A stretch of 64,000 bases of DNA from Octopus vulgaris (lineage: Eukaryota): positions 101,928,001 to 101,992,000 of the forward strand of contig OX597815.1 of NCBI GenBank assembly GCA_951406725.2, given 5' to 3'. The translations under genes and the position numbers were made by a program. The stretch's first letter is position 1. Each line of letters starts with the position of its first letter. Positions 29,190 through 45,130 of this stretch are shown here, in pieces. The notes below the pieces were generated by a model, which ran no database searches, was not told the DNA's origin, and saw nothing but the letters and a program-made list of their open reading frames with translations.

Positions 29190-30351
29190 TTATCATTCGA
29201 CTTCTTACGTAAAACAGCCAAATCCTCCTCAAATCACACCATACCGCCAAGCATAAACGCGGCCTCTTTGACAATCTTGTCTCTTCTCATTAAAGACACA
29301 GACAAATTAGCACGATTGGTAGAGTGTCGGACAAAATATCATGTCGCTATTGGGTTACATCTTTCTATACGTTCTCGTTCTGGCTTTGAATCCTGCACAA
29401 CTGAACATCATTCTTCATCCTTTCGGGGTCGATAAAACTGAGTGCCAGTTACTGTTACTGCTCCTTAGCACCAAGTTTTTCCGATTGAGCAGACTTCTGA
29501 TCAAGAGAGTTCCAGCGATAACCACCCCCGAATCCTTATTTTTATGGGTATGTAGGACTACGTAATCAAATTAGTCCTTTCATTCTCAAGACAGGTTCAG
29601 CAGGTTCAGCTGAGTATAGTGGTCGACTTTAATCGGCAATTATCAACCAGTTCCCAAATCGAGATCTGGTTTCTAAGCTAGAATGCATACACACAAACGC
29701 GCGCGCGTACATACACACATGTATCTTACGATTTACGCTGTTGTGTGCTTAAGCGTATATCATATACAGACTCATAGACACACATAATATGTAATATATT
29801 ATGTAATGTTTTTTGTTAGCACAGCTAACAGAAAGCGACACGAAACGTTCATGTTTTGTTTGGTGTTTCACCTTTCAAAAATCAGCACTCTACTTTAACT
29901 CTAAGACCGCCAACTTTCCATCTCTCGACCCACATCCCTTTCTCTCCACTCAACCACCCATCTCTACAACCCTACTCCTTCCTCTATACTCCTCCTCGAC
30001 CTCTGAAAAGGGTTTTTTTTTTTTGCCTCAGTAAAATATATCAATGTATGCATATACTTTCTCTTCTTGGATCATTTATAGAAAAATCGACCCCAGAGGT
30101 ACAATTACGAGGATCCGTGTCATGTTCTGATTTGATTTGCTTTGCTTAAAAAAAATTTTTTTTCCTGTTTTGTTCCTTTCATGAAATTCGTTTTATATTT
30201 CATTATTTCTTGTTTTCTTTCTAAATTTCATTCCTTTTTTGCTGATTTTTCTTTATTCTTTTCATTCGTTCCATAATTATTTGTCTTTTCTTTATATATT
30301 TATTTCAATATTCATTCCTTCTTTTTGTCTTTCTTTTCTTTTATATTTCCT

Positions 30352-30390
<39 letters not shown>

Positions 30391-30572
30391 TTTTTCATAT
30401 TTCTGTTAACGTGTGAGGCGGGAACTCTGCCTTAAAAGGTTCCAGAAGAAATTGAAGGGAGAATGAATGATTGATATGTTGAAAGTGGCGGAGTGGATGG
30501 GAACGGGGGAGGGTAGCTGTGTAGGTGGAGGAGTTAAGGCTTGATTGGAGATATAAATATTAGGAAAACTGT

Positions 30573-30606
<34 letters not shown>

Positions 30607-30739
30607 GAGGCGGAGAAACAGGCAGCTAAAGAAGGAGGCGTTCCCGCTGGATGTATTAAGGTAATAGGAAAAGAAGGCATGGACAGAAATAGAGTTAGAG
30701 AGAGAAAGATAGTAAAAGAGAGAAAAGGAAGAGAGGGAG

Positions 30740-30778
<39 letters not shown>

Positions 30779-30915
30779 GAAAACAGAGAGTGGGGAGAGA
30801 TACACTACGTATGAATAAACAACAAATGGTTATTATGATTCCTTTAATGATGTTGAATATTCTATTTTTTCTCATTTTTAGGAGGAAATCTGAGCGAAAA
30901 TTTTGTCATTAATTA

Positions 30916-30959
30916 TGACGACGACGACGACGACAACGACGACGACGATGATGATGATA

Positions 30960-31013
<54 letters not shown>
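30916..31013. repeat. (GAC)n(GAT)n
   Basis: Seen directly. Confidence 0.95.
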
Positions 31014-32975
31014 CTATAAGCCTTTAAACGTTAAACATTACTTTTATAGGCGAGAAGAATAACAGTTTTATGATGTTCGTATCTTTCCTAACGGTTTTAA
31101 CTACAGACTGTGGTGACGACGTATAGATTTGAAGCTTAGAGGACCGAGATTTTGTGGTGTTCAAGTCTTTCTAAACGGTATTGGAACCAAAAATGCTAAT
31201 CCTTATTCGAAGAAAGGCGGTTTAAAAACCCGGTACTTATACCCTGTTTCTGTGGCGTCGAGTAAGTGTGAGATAAAATCACTTCCCGAGGAGAACATTA
31301 GTCAATTGAAAATAGATTTTATTTAAATCCAACGTGACAATCGTCGATTCTGCTACATTCCCACTGCTTACAGTTGTGAATTTTATCAACATTTATAATT
31401 TGTTAGTGCTGGTTGCGCTTTAAGGGTGGGTTATGACACAAATCCTAATGACCCGCCGAATTTTCGTGAGGAGTAGCGATTTCAAGCATTATTAGCTTGA
31501 AATGCATCTAGTCCGACACAAGTGAGGAGAAGGAACCTACTTAGAGTTAGATAAACTTATCTGTAATAGCTAAATGTCTTAGGTATGGATTTATTTTCAG
31601 TCCCCCAAATAAGATACAATTACTGACCATACTCCTAAAGATCATTAGCGATGGATGTAAAAGTAAGTGGATTCAACCCAGATTGCAAAGACGCTGATTG
31701 CAAAAACCTTGACTCAGCACTCGGAAAATAACAGAAACATAGATCTGTTTTGATTAACCAACATAGTGATTGTAATATGAATAGTATCCGTAGCGAGAAC
31801 AGCTTGGTTGATAAGACAAGCAAAATCTCTGGACTGCGTTTGACCCGTGAGAGTAACACATTTCAGTTGTTTGCTAAAATAGAAATGATACCTTCTCACT
31901 GCCAAACAGAAAACAAAACAAAACAAAAAAGGAAAAAAAAATGCTTTAAATATGTAAATATCCTCACAGCTTTACTTAAAATCTATAAATCGGTGAGTGA
32001 TTCTTAAAGATTCAAGAACACATCAGACAATGAAATCCCTTGGTCACAGATGGAACACTTTTGATCATTATTAGTCTGTTTGATCAAGGCTGAGCTAAAG
32101 CTGACCAACGTTAACAGCATCAATTGATAAATACATGAAAAGGTTTGATCATCGCCATCTGACAAATCTTCCACAATAAAACCAGATAAGTAAGCGATCT
32201 AACTTAACCAGATGCTGACTGGGATAAGAGATACATAATGGTGGGAATATAGAGCTTTGTCTCTCCCGTTACACCTTTCAGAAGATGTTCCGTCTAGTCT
32301 CAGCCTGACTCTAGTTCACTTATTCATTTCTGTCGATATATATTTCCTATTACAATCAAAATGAAAGCAATCAATCCTAATTTCCAACCTTCTGAATTGC
32401 AAAACTTCGGATTTCTCCTAATAAATATTCATTCCTGTTAAAAGCCTCATAATTTATCTAGATTAGTGAAACGGTCATCTTTAGTTTAGGCGTAAACACC
32501 TCAGCTGCTGAAATTGAATATATTAATATATGCGGAGTGTGTATATACACACATCCATGTGTATATACATACATACATACATACATACACACATACATAC
32601 ATACATATATGCATACATACATACATACATACATACATACATACATACATACATACATACACACATTATGTGTATGCATGGGTGTATGTGTGTGCGGAGA
32701 TAGATAAATAGAGGAGGGGAGAGAGAGGAAGAAGGAAAGAGAAATTGGCTCTATTGAAATTGTACATTTAACTTGTCTCAAATTCCACCATGTCCAATCA
32801 TCTTCTAGCAGACGCACGTACACCCACCCCCCACACCCCCACACACCCACATCCACACACACTGTAAATGAGCTAAGAGAAATAACTCAGTGGCCAATGA
32901 CATGTATTTGAACAACGAAGACGAATAATGGTATATTGAATACCATGAGAGAAATTTTTAATTTATTGAAATTAC

Positions 32976-33076
32976 CTCCCGATCCAGGGAGAGCAGAACA
33001 ATCACTTGCCAGCAATTGGGGACCATCTTCAAATGAGTAAAAAGAAGTGATCTCAAGAATCAAGAATTCTCCAGAA
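32976..33076 (-). other. candidate upstream exon of the HLH gene
   Basis: Unique sequence bounded by ttctttaatagtatttcag| and GAG|gtaatt. Confidence 0.2.
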
Positions 33077-33185
33077 CTGAAATACTATTAAAGAAACTCT
33101 GGAACAAGAGGACTTCTGTAGACGTTTATTATAATATATAACAATGCGCACACACATTATGGAAGAGGCATTCACACAGAAGCAA

Positions 33186-33265
<80 letters not shown>

Positions 33266-33705
33266 ATACGTGGTGAACGATGTGGACGGTGGAGGTTCTT
33301 TGTCGATCAGGTCGATGACCATTCACTAGCCCGTTCAAATAAAGGGTACGCACACTTGTATCTTTTACATAATTTTCGGGACAAATCAGCGTGACATATT
33401 GTGACAAGGGCCAGGCCTTTGAAATATAGATAGGACAGAGAGAGGGGGGAATGGGGAAAGGTGCGAAAAGGGGCAATCGTCCATAGTATAGTGGTGGACG
33501 GATAGTTTATGAAATCCGAAAGGAAGAAGGATAAAATCAACATCAGTGGGGGGTTTGAACTCAGATTGCAGAACCGGAACGAGTGCCACAAGGCATTCTA
33601 TCCGACACCTTGTCGATTCGACCAGATAGTCACCTTGGTAATACATACAATTTTGTGCACAACAGAGTGTATTCCTTATTTATCTTTTCAAACATAGCGA
33701 TACCT

Positions 33706-33930
33706 ATTTCTTTACTACCCACAAGGGGCTAAACACAGAGAGGACAAACAAGGACAGACAAACGGATTAAGTCGATTGTATCGACCCCAGTGCGTAACTG
33801 GTACTTATTTAATCGACTCCGAAAGGATGAAAGGCAAAGTCGACCTCGGTGGAATTTGAACTCCGACCGTAGCAGCAGACGAAATACCGGCAAGCATTTC
33901 GCCCGGCGTGCTAACGTTTCTGCCAGCTCG
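33706..33930 (-). mobile_element. SINE family 1, young copy with TSD
   Basis: Highly similar to 4711-4947 in reverse. Flanked by a 10-bp duplication AGCGATACCT (33696-33705, 33931-33940). Confidence 0.93.
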
Positions 33931-34327
33931 AGCGATACCTTCCTTTCCACGATGTCTCTCGCAGTTCTTATACTCCCAGATATCTGCCACTCAACCATAA
34001 TACTTCGCCTGAAACAGAAGCGAGCAAATTTGGCATAAACAAATAAAATTCCTAAGGTAGGTCTTCTTAGTCCCTACGGTTCGTCTTTCGAGCTGTCGTC
34101 CAGGACCACCCGCATTTTAGATTTTCTGATAGGACTTTCAACACCCCGTCACTGCTTACTGATAGACAAAACAGACCAATAAGTGAATCATTAGATTGAA
34201 ACTTCACACATGGTGTATATGTTTGACAAACACATACATCTACCGACTGATGAAGACATAAATACACCTACATGTAACAAGTTAAACATACAGAGATGAG
34301 AGGGGTTGTGTGTGTGTGAGTGCTTAC

Positions 34328-34363
<36 letters not shown>

Positions 34364-34557
34364 GAGAGAGAGAGAGAAAGAGACAGGGAACGAGAAAGGG
34401 AGTGAGAAAAATGAAACCGATGAAAGGATGGTGAAACTGGTGAATAGGAAAGAATATAACGTGAGGAAAGTCGTAAAAGGGAAGAGCGTGTAAGATAGAA
34501 AGAATGAAAGAGAGAGAGAGAGAGAGAGAGAGAGGCGGGGAAAAAGACAGAGGGAGA

Positions 34558-34593
<36 letters not shown>

Positions 34594-34981
34594 GGGAAAA
34601 AAGACAGAGGGAGAGAGGGAGAGAGAGAGTGAGAAGGACAAAGTGACAGACACACACACACTGAGAAAATATGAGACATAGACAAACAATCTGAAGTGCA
34701 GACATGTGTATCGGAGAGAGAAAGAAAGAAAGAGAGAGAGAGATGGAGAAAGAAAAAAAAAGGAAGCCACCATTAGTGAAACTCCAAAGTTACTGTCAAC
34801 AATTTATAGTATGTCACCCTCTTTGTGTTATTGAGTCTTCTATTCAGGCAATGTTACCCGTTTAAGTTTATTCCAAACCAGATCGATTATTATAGTGACC
34901 CTGTCATTATATATTAAGAACTCCTACTGAATGTGTTGAGTCCTACTTTCTTAGGTTTGTTCACTATTTCGTGTGTGTATG

Positions 34982-35076
<95 letters not shown>

Positions 35077-35238
35077 GTCTGTCTGTCTGTCTGCCTGTCT
35101 GTCTGTCTGTCTGTCTGTCTGTCGGTCGGTCTGTCTGTCTGTCTGTCTGTCTGTCGGTCGGTCGGTATGTCTGTCTGTTTGTCTCTATGTCTCTCTTTCT
35201 CTCTCACTCCCGATATATATATATATATATATCTAATA

Positions 35239-35310
<72 letters not shown>

Positions 35311-35321
35311 TGTGTGTGTGT
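34982..35321. repeat. (TCTA)n(TCTG)n...(GA)n(GT)n compound microsatellite
   Basis: Seen directly. Confidence 0.95.
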
Positions 35322-37749
35322 ATAACGTGACTTGGAGAGGCAGAGAGACATAGAGGAGTGGGTCAGTTTAGAATAATAGAAAATGGAAGTTCGGCTGTAG
35401 ACAATCAAAAGAAGAAACTGAACATTCTAGAAAACTGGGTGGTGGGTGGGCTAGTTCAGAGTTTGGTATTAAGTGTTTAAAATAGGGAAGAATAAACATT
35501 AAAACTTTCCGGAAAGAACCAGCAGTTGCAGCAGCAGCAGCAGCAGTAGCCTTACAGTGAGGAAGAGTAGGTACGGAGAAAGAAGGGGTAGGAGTAAGAG
35601 GTGAGAGTGAAAGTGGAACAGCAATGAGTAGAGAGGGAGAGAGAGAGAGAGGGTGAAAGAGAGGTATAAGAGGTACTGAAAATAAGAGGATAGAATAAAG
35701 AAGAAAAGAAAGAAAAAGAGGGAGAGTTATGGTGTGTGTGTGTGTGTGTGTTGTCTCAATAGTCCTCATTGAACATTGTAAGTCTAAATTAAAGCGTGTG
35801 AAGTGAACAGATGAAGACTGCTGGTTTTTCTGGGGCTGAAATTGTGGGGTTAATGAATCAACGGACCTCTCTGAAATAAAACCTGATCATGCACATATGT
35901 TTAGTGAGTTATGTTCTTGTTGGATTCTGTGAGAATATATATATATGCAAAGGATGCTTTTGTAAGTGCGTGTCCCCAGTGAATGTGTATAATAATGAGT
36001 TTGTGTCTACACAACAGCGTGTGTCCACTATATACATGTATATATAGCGAACGATTAGAGTTTATTACATGTGTGTATGTCCGCAGTGTATATGTATAAA
36101 TTGACAGTTGTATGTTTACGCATTTGTGTGTGTCCTATAATGATGGTTGTATGTTTACACGTTTAGAGTGTCCCATTCGTGCACCTTTAGTGTATGTGTA
36201 AAATAATGACTACGTGATTACACAATTTTATGTACGTGTGTACACATTTATGCTTGTAGCCAGTCTGAATATAATGAAGGACGGGTATCTACAGCATTCT
36301 GCGTCACATCTACGTGTACATAACAAAATGTGTGGTATATGTATATAAAGTATATAATAAAGTGTGCTCATAAATATTATGTATATAATGTGTATGGTGT
36401 ATGTGTGTGTATGTGTGTGTGAGTGTGTGTGTATGTGTGTATGTGCGTGTGTGTGTTCATGTGTGTGTGTGTGTGTGTGTGTGTATGTACCTATACACTG
36501 AAGATATAACATTAATATATCAGCTATCGGCGAGCTGATATAATAATGACCAAAGGAACAACATGAACATATAAAATACCAGCTCCTTAAATCCATAGGT
36601 CTAGTCAATGTCTGACATTTAACTAATGATTCATCTGTAAAATAATTAAAAGATAAAGTTTATTGTGTCCAGAAACTATATTGGTTTCTTTCGAACTAGA
36701 TAGAAAGAACTGGGTATCAAATGTTCATATGAAACATGGTTAATGATAATGGAGTATCTTAGCAGTCACCTATCTTACAAAAATCTTTCGAACCACAACA
36801 CATCCTTTCATCGTTAAAAAAGAGCACATTATATGATACAAAACAGGAGTATATGAGAACAAAACAGGAGTATCATGTCTAGAATACCTTTTAAACGTCT
36901 TTCTGATCAGAGCTAACACAAGGTGAAAGAGTAGCAACAGCAACGACACCCTATGTTACAATACTTGTCCCACCGAAGTTATTAAATGCTTCGTAGTGTG
37001 ATGTTTGTGCTTTTCCTAAAGACATTAGCAACTTAAATGAAGTAAAATGGTTTTCGACTGTGAATTAGAAGCGTATGAAGAACTTATTTCTTTGACTTAT
37101 TGAATGCCTGTATTATCTTTAAAATCAGGCACAAACGTTATTTTATTGTTGAAGATTTGATTCTCAGAGTCAGTTGTTGCCATATGAAGAAGTCTAAGGA
37201 CGATCAAATTCAATAAAATGGTAAGAATCGAAGCAATATTATAACCAAGATTTCCTCGATCTTACTGTCAACAACTTAGATACTTGTGACTCCTTTTGGA
37301 AGGATAGCTTTGTAAGATTAATGGCTTAGTAAGAATGGATATGGATTAGAGTTAGGGTGATGGACTAATAGTCGCAAGGTCATGAGTTCGATTCCCAGAG
37401 CAAGCGGTGCGTCACGTCCTCGAGCAGAATAATTCACCTCATGTGTCTGCTACAAAGAGTACGTCTCGCAGACTATTAACCCCCAAATTTTGGCGAAAGT
37501 AAGATAGCAAGGCCCCCGGCAGTTTCAGCACAATATCATGATGAACGGATTGGTGACTGGAAGAAGACTGGCGCTGATGGCAATTTTCAAGGTATCCGTA
37601 ATAATCGAAGGAGAGGAGGGTAAAGTAAGTTATCCTCAGATTGGGCTCAAACTCGAATGTTTGCAACAAAGAGGTCTTCGTTAAAATAAGCCGTCGAAAT
37701 ATACACACATGCGTGTGTATATACATACGTACATACATACATACATACA

Positions 37750-37839
<90 letters not shown>

Positions 37840-38332
37840 AACACACACACACTGGTTTAATATAACTACCTCAGCACTCTGTAATGACCATGCATCTAGC
37901 ATTTAGGTGTTCTTCCAAGTAAGCAACTGCTTATAGTTCTATCTATCATTCTCAAGCTAACTCACTCTCTGTTTCTTCCCCCCCCTCTCTCTCTCTCCCT
38001 GGTCTTTACCATCGTTTCGGCCGTGCTAAGTCTTGTGAGCGAAATAGGGTGGATTAACTATTTAGATGTTTAGGCAGGTGGACTGCATTTATTTTACAGG
38101 TCCAGCCACGACAGATTGTGTTTACGTTGAATCCGGCAGAGAATTACGTTAAAGGTGACATACATCCGAAGAATATTCAACCGTTTACAGTTATATTCAA
38201 TGAATATATAGCTCTCTTGATCGAACAACTAAATAACTTTTCAGCGAAACTGACGAAGATCCATCCATCCATCTCTCTCTCTTTCTTTCTCTGTCTCTCT
38301 GTCTCTCTCTATCTCTCTATCTCTCTCTCTCA

Positions 38333-38413
<81 letters not shown>

Positions 38414-38643
38414 CCTGTCCGTCTGTCTCTTTCTCTTTATTTATGCATGCATACATAATATACGTATATACCTATTCATGCATGCAATTACCACTCACAT
38501 TTATATATGTGTGTAGGTGTGTGTATGCGCGTATGTGTATATTGTGTGTTTATACACACAACACACACATATGTGCACACAACTTTGCTGAGCAACTCTA
38601 ATGCCATTTTCCTCTGTTCAGTTCATCGGCGAAGAAACAGAGC

Positions 38644-38720
<77 letters not shown>

Positions 38721-41209
38721 TGCTGGCATTGTTCGAGTCCCTCACAGAAGACTGCCAGTGAAACAGTCATCTGAGAAAGCGTTAATCAGAGAACGAACCC
38801 TTGGGAGTCCTGCCAAAACCGTGGTCAAGAAAGCTAATGGACGACAGAAGAGCTTTAACTAGGAATGAACATACGTCTCTAATGAAGAAATGGAATATTT
38901 GGTGTACTTATTTGTCTGATAAGTAGATGATGATGATGATGGTGATGTGTACACATAACCACTCATACATACACACACACACACACACATAATACATATA
39001 CAGATATACACATATACATATGCACATTCACGCACGCATATATATATATATGTATATACACCTTCATGCATTCATATATCTATACACATACGCACACGCT
39101 AGCTAACTAAAATATAAACACACGCAAACACACACACAGACGAATGTAAAAATACGCATAAATACATCTCACCCACACAGAAGCAAATGAATTATTTCAA
39201 ATAAGCAATTAACTGGCGAAAACAACAACAACAACAACGTGACAAACAAAAATATAAATTGCAATGAAAGACGATGAGAACTTTTGTTGGAGCATCAGAA
39301 TGATCAGAATCACATAAATTTATTGTATTTACTTTGTTTTATTTTCTTTTTATATAATATTGATAATCATAAGTTATTGTTTAGTGTCAACAACATACAT
39401 CTATAGAGGAATCAACTGTCATTGATTATTATATTATTATATTATTGTTATTGTTGAACCCGAGTCTGCCCTCATCGAACAGACCAGTGAGTTCATTTGT
39501 TCCAGCTATGAGCATCTTCTGCTTTTGTTTTTGATTTATTTATTGGTAGTAGATTATCTAAAATGTACTACCATTCAGCCATCTTTTTTAAAAAGAGAGT
39601 AGTGTTATTTGAATGGAATTTGGTTGTTATTTTTTGCTGGTCGTGTGATCACATAGAAGATCTCTCGGGGCCTCACGTGTAGTTATCCTATATCCGTATT
39701 CGTGATCATGATATGACGGTATGGAACAACAGAAAGGGTCACTAGAACTCAGTTATAATTCCTTACACCCCATGGACGTTTATGGTTCCAATCTATTTCA
39801 TTTTCTATCCTTCTAAACTCGATAAATTAAAAGACAAATCAAATAACAGAGCCAAACTAATCAACTACGATCTCGTATCCACTTTTTTAGAAATCATTAT
39901 GCTCTTATATATATATATATATATATTTATATTGTAGCATAGCCAGAAGAGGAAGGGCAGCGCTCAGGCCCCTTTTCAGTGTCTTCCAAAGTAATGTGGG
40001 GATGAAGGAAGTAATTATTATCCTCAAAATTGGGGCCCTGATCAGAATGCTTGCAACAGAGTAAACTCCACTAAAGGCACACAACGGACAGGTGGTGGTG
40101 TTAAGCCAGTGACAGATTAGGGCATTGAAGATCAGTAGTGATGCCTCCTATGTATTTCTTTCTACCAAATTTCATTGACTAAGATTTTGCTCAACCCGGG
40201 GCTATGGCAAACGGTTATTTACCCAAAGTGCAGTGGAAGGGAACAGGAAATTACATAGTTATTAAGTGAATTTGTAAAGCACATGGTCATGCCTGCACTC
40301 ACACTAGGGCACTTTCTGCGACAGAAATGGTTGAAATGAATAATCTAATTTACTTGTGCGGTATCTGATTACATTTCTATATATTCTAGCTTCAAACCAC
40401 GAGGTGGTTGATGAAATATATCATTATCCCCGTACCCCGGTGGCTATATTCTCACCTCAGTGATTATATTCTTCCATCGTGGTAACGGCAGAATTGGTTA
40501 TCTTGAAGAAAAGGATACTGTGAATGATAACCCATGTACTTTTGAAAGCGGAATGCAGCTGATTCTGAGATATAGGAAGAAAGATTGGTATTCTATCCTG
40601 AAAGCTGAAAAGCAAACTTGACCTGGGTATAGCTTGAACTTAGAACGTAGAAAGCAAGAACAAATACGACAGTGCATTTTGTCTGGAGCTTTAAACATTC
40701 TACCGATCGATGTCCCAACCTGATAAAATATGTGGAAATTACATAACAAGATCGATTAAATTGATTACATCCCCAAGAAATCAATATTAACTAATATAGA
40801 GTGATATGTTAGTAGAAACAGAAAAAAGCTTCCTCAGTAAACTGTTATGCAACATTAAATTATATGTAATGACACACTAAATTCAAGTCCTGCAACAGGA
40901 TACTTTAATTTTCACGGGAGTCGATTCAATCATTTTTGCTCCTTTCTCTTTTACAACTACGTGATATTGTTTCACGTGTAACAAATATTGTCTAAAAACG
41001 AATATATCTACTTGTATAGGCATGAATGTATATGTATATAGTTATTACTGTTCGTTTATGCTTTTGTATGAAAGTGGTGAAACGATATATTACGGTGCAT
41101 GGATGTGGTGTTCGAATAACTCACGCATATACGCATGTTCGTGTATACACATATTTACGCGCCTACACTTACGTACATACACAGTTATGTATGTAGATAT
41201 ATAATGTGA

Positions 41210-41255
<46 letters not shown>

Positions 41256-41380
41256 ACGTATGTATACACAAACACACAATCACATATATACACGTCTATC
41301 TATCTATCTATATATAATATATAGATATATATAGACATATAGATAGATAAATAGATCAATAAACAGACACACGGACAGAC

Positions 41381-41447
<67 letters not shown>

Positions 41448-41475
41448 TAAATAGATTGATAGATAGATGTGTATG

Positions 41476-41529
<54 letters not shown>

Positions 41530-41949
41530 ACTAATATAGGATAAAAAATTTTTCAGAAAAAAATTTCATCAAAAGTTGCAGAAGATTAAAATACCTTTAG
41601 AGGTTAAAATTATAAACAACTTATAAACAAGGGCAAATTTTCCTTTTGCCCTTATTTGTAAATTATATATGCATATATGTAAATATATATGTATGTATAT
41701 ATGTATAAATTACACAGACATATATAAATATACACATACGTGTGTGTATGTGTATACCTCTTGCACACACACATCACAATAATGCGTGTGTGTACAGTTG
41801 TTATTAAGAAGAATTCACTTAAGAACAACTCACTTAATAAAAACAAATGCATACTCTACACACGTATTGAGCTTTCTTTCTTCTACGACTTCTCATAATT
41901 TACATTACGTACTCAAACGCACGCAGGCACACAAATGCATACGGACATA

Positions 41950-42374
<425 letters not shown>

Positions 42375-42432
42375 AAACCGATCCTGCAGAGGGAACACGA
42401 CAGAGAATATATTTTCCAACGTTTTAACTTAC

Positions 42433-42564
42433 CCTGTAATACGGTGGTAGAGTAGTACTTGGTGACTAGAGTAAAAAGAAGCGTGGTCCGATCTCAGCTC
42501 CTGTCGGTGGCGATTTGTTGTTCAATATCCTGACTCACAGCTTCTCATCTCAGAAATACACTGA
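42433..42564 (-). promoter_or_regulatory. candidate TSS and first non-coding exon
   Basis: Inr-like TCAGT at 42564-42560, TGAGTCA inside, consensus donor AGG|gtaagt at 42433/42432, and a GGGGCGTG (KLF/Sp-like) motif near 42750. Linkage to the HLH gene is inference only. Confidence 0.25.
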
Positions 42565-43101
42565 CGCACTCATATATGCACATATGTGTACACACGCACG
42601 TGCGCACCCTCTACTCTCTATGAATGTATGTATGTATGTGTGTGAGCGTGTGTGTATGTGTTGTGTGTGTGTGTGGTGCGTATATATACTTATTTACATA
42701 TATGTTTATATAAGTAGCTGCGACTCCACTCTGTAGTGAATGTTTCATGGGGCGTGTTTAGTGAGGAGGCATCGGGGTGGTAACTCTATTAATGGCGGCG
42801 GCAGTAGTGGTGGTGGTGGTGGTTGTGATGGGTAGTGAGGTGGTAGTGGGGGGTTAAAGATTGCAATGATGGCAAGGTGGTACGGTAATACTGATTGTGA
42901 TGGTGGTAGTGGTGGTGGTGGTGGTGGCAGCGGCGGTAGTGGTAATGGTGGGTGGTGGTGGTGGTGGTAATGTTTTCAAGAAGGTGGGAGGATAGCTCTA
43001 GTAGAAATAGTGGAGGGGATGAAGGGCATAATTTTATGACGAAAGAAGGTGGAGTCGACAATGTTCAAGAGAATAATATCAACAGCAATTACAACTACAG
43101 T

Positions 43102-43290
<189 letters not shown>

Positions 43291-43471
43291 AAGATCGGGA
43301 AAATGCAATATAACATGGGTGTGAAATGGTGCTGGGGAAAGGGGTAGCTACGCCCCCCCCCCCCCAACAATATCGTCATCGTCATTCCTTTTCTTTATAG
43401 AATATATTAAAGGGTTTTAACTGTTGGACTAAGGTGACACAAAGTGAGAGCAAGGAAACCATGAACCAACT

Positions 43472-43675
43472 TCGGAGCTTCTACGTAGTAACTCGATCTG
43501 CTAAAAATAGTGGCTAAATGTCCCTCAAAGTGCTCCCTACTGTCTTAAACGTAGAACGTGTTGTTTGAGGGTGTTCTCGTGTTTCATCGTTATACGGAAA
43601 GGATGTGATGGCCATAGCCAGAATGCTTTTGGTCATGGATTTATTTGGTCAAGTCTGGTCAAGCGCTAGACAAGG
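43472..43675 (+). mobile_element. old unclassified dispersed repeat (representative copy)
   Basis: Shares CTGCTA.AAATAGC..CCAAAT.TCCCTCAAA and GATGGTCA.GGCTGGAATGCCTTTGATCAT..GGCTGACC.GG blocks with about 15 other decayed copies. Confidence 0.6.
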
Positions 43676-43896
43676 GAAACTTGACATACGTACATACATA
43701 CATTCACATGCATACATACACATAATTATGTATGTATGTATGTATATACAGATATACATGCCAAATATAACAAGCCGAATATATACGTGCATACATATAT
43801 GAACAAACATGCACACATATATATATTCACATATGCATATACATACATACATACATACATACATACATACATACATACATACATACATACAAACAT

Positions 43897-44092
43897 ATTT
43901 CTTTATTACCCACAAGGGGCTAAACACAGAGGGGACAAACAAGGACAGACATGGGTATTAAGTCGATTTCATCGACCCCAGTGTGTAACTGATACTTAAT
44001 TTATCGACCCCGAAAGGATGAAAGGCAAAGTCGGCCTCGGCGGAATTTGAACTCACAACGTAACGCAGACGAAATACCGCTAAGCATTTCGC
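43897..44092 (-). mobile_element. SINE family 1, 5'-truncated
   Basis: Same core and tail. Possible ACATAT TSD. Confidence 0.88.
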
Positions 44093-44141
44093 ACATATAT
44101 GTATGTGAATGTGTGAGTGCCTTTATTTACATATATCTTAT

Positions 44142-44492
44142 GGTTCCGGGTTCAGTCCCGCTGCGTGGCACCTTGGGCAAATGTCTTCTACTATAGCCTT
44201 GGGCCGACCAAAACCTTGTGAGTGGATTTGGTAGACGGAAACTTAAAGAAGCCCGTCGTGTACATCTATATATATAGAGAGAGAGTTAATTCAAACATGA
44301 AAACACAAAGAGAAAACGCAATAACGCGAGGACGTGGAGCAAGTATAGCGTTATTGGACGCTCAGGAAAGGAAAGAAAGAAGGAGGATTTAACATTTCGA
44401 TCGGAGCTCTTCGTCACAAACATAGGAAAAGGAAAGATCCAAGGAAGGGAAGACGGAGGAAAAAATCGCAAACGATACACACGCGGTCACAT

Positions 44493-44530
<38 letters not shown>

Positions 44531-44872
44531 ATCCAAACACGAAAGCACGACATACATACATATATATATATATATATATGTATGTCTGTATGTATGTATG
44601 TATGTATGTATGTATGTATGTATGTATGTATGTATGTATGTATGTATGCATGTATGTATGTATGTGTATATGTCTATATCTGTGTTTGTCCGCTCAACAT
44701 CGCTTGACTACTGATGCTGGTGTGTTTACGTTCCTGTAACTTAGCAGTCTGGCAAAAGTGCCCGATAGAATAAGTACTACGCTTACAAAGAATAAGTCCT
44801 GGGGTAGATTTGCTTAACTAGAAGCGATGCTCCAGCATGGTCGCAGCCAAATAACTGAAACAAATAAAAGAA
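44142..44872 (+). mobile_element. SINE family 2, 5'-truncated, with hammerhead element nested in its internal microsatellite
   Basis: The 5' part (44142-44260) and 3' part (44680-44872) match 50431-50897. Confidence 0.85.
44284..44498 (-). mobile_element. Penelope-type non-autonomous element with minimal hammerhead motif (copy A)
   Basis: Homologous to 46229-46440 and 63040-63238. Motif on - strand at 44421-44387: gttt GTGACGA a gagc tcc gatc GAAA tgtt aaat. Followed by (TA)n and a partial tandem restart at 44526-44550. Confidence 0.65.
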
Positions 44873-44882
44873 TATGTATACA

Positions 44883-44932
<50 letters not shown>

Positions 44933-44934
<2 letters not shown>

Positions 44935-45130
44935 TTACTCATTTACTTGTTTCATTCATTTGACTGGCCATGCTGGAGCACCGCCTTTAGTCGAACAAAT
45001 CGATCCGAGGACTTATTCTTTGTAAGCCTAGTACTTATCCTATCGGTCTCTTTTGCCGAACTGCTTGGTTACGGGGACGTAAGTACACCAACATCGGTTG
45101 TCAAGCGACGGTGCAGGAACAAACAGACAC
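44933..45130 (-). mobile_element. SINE family 2, 3' half, inverted relative to its neighbour
   Basis: Reverse complement of the family tail (GACTTATTCTTTGTAAGCCTAGTACTTAT...GTTGTCAAGCGA). Confidence 0.88.
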
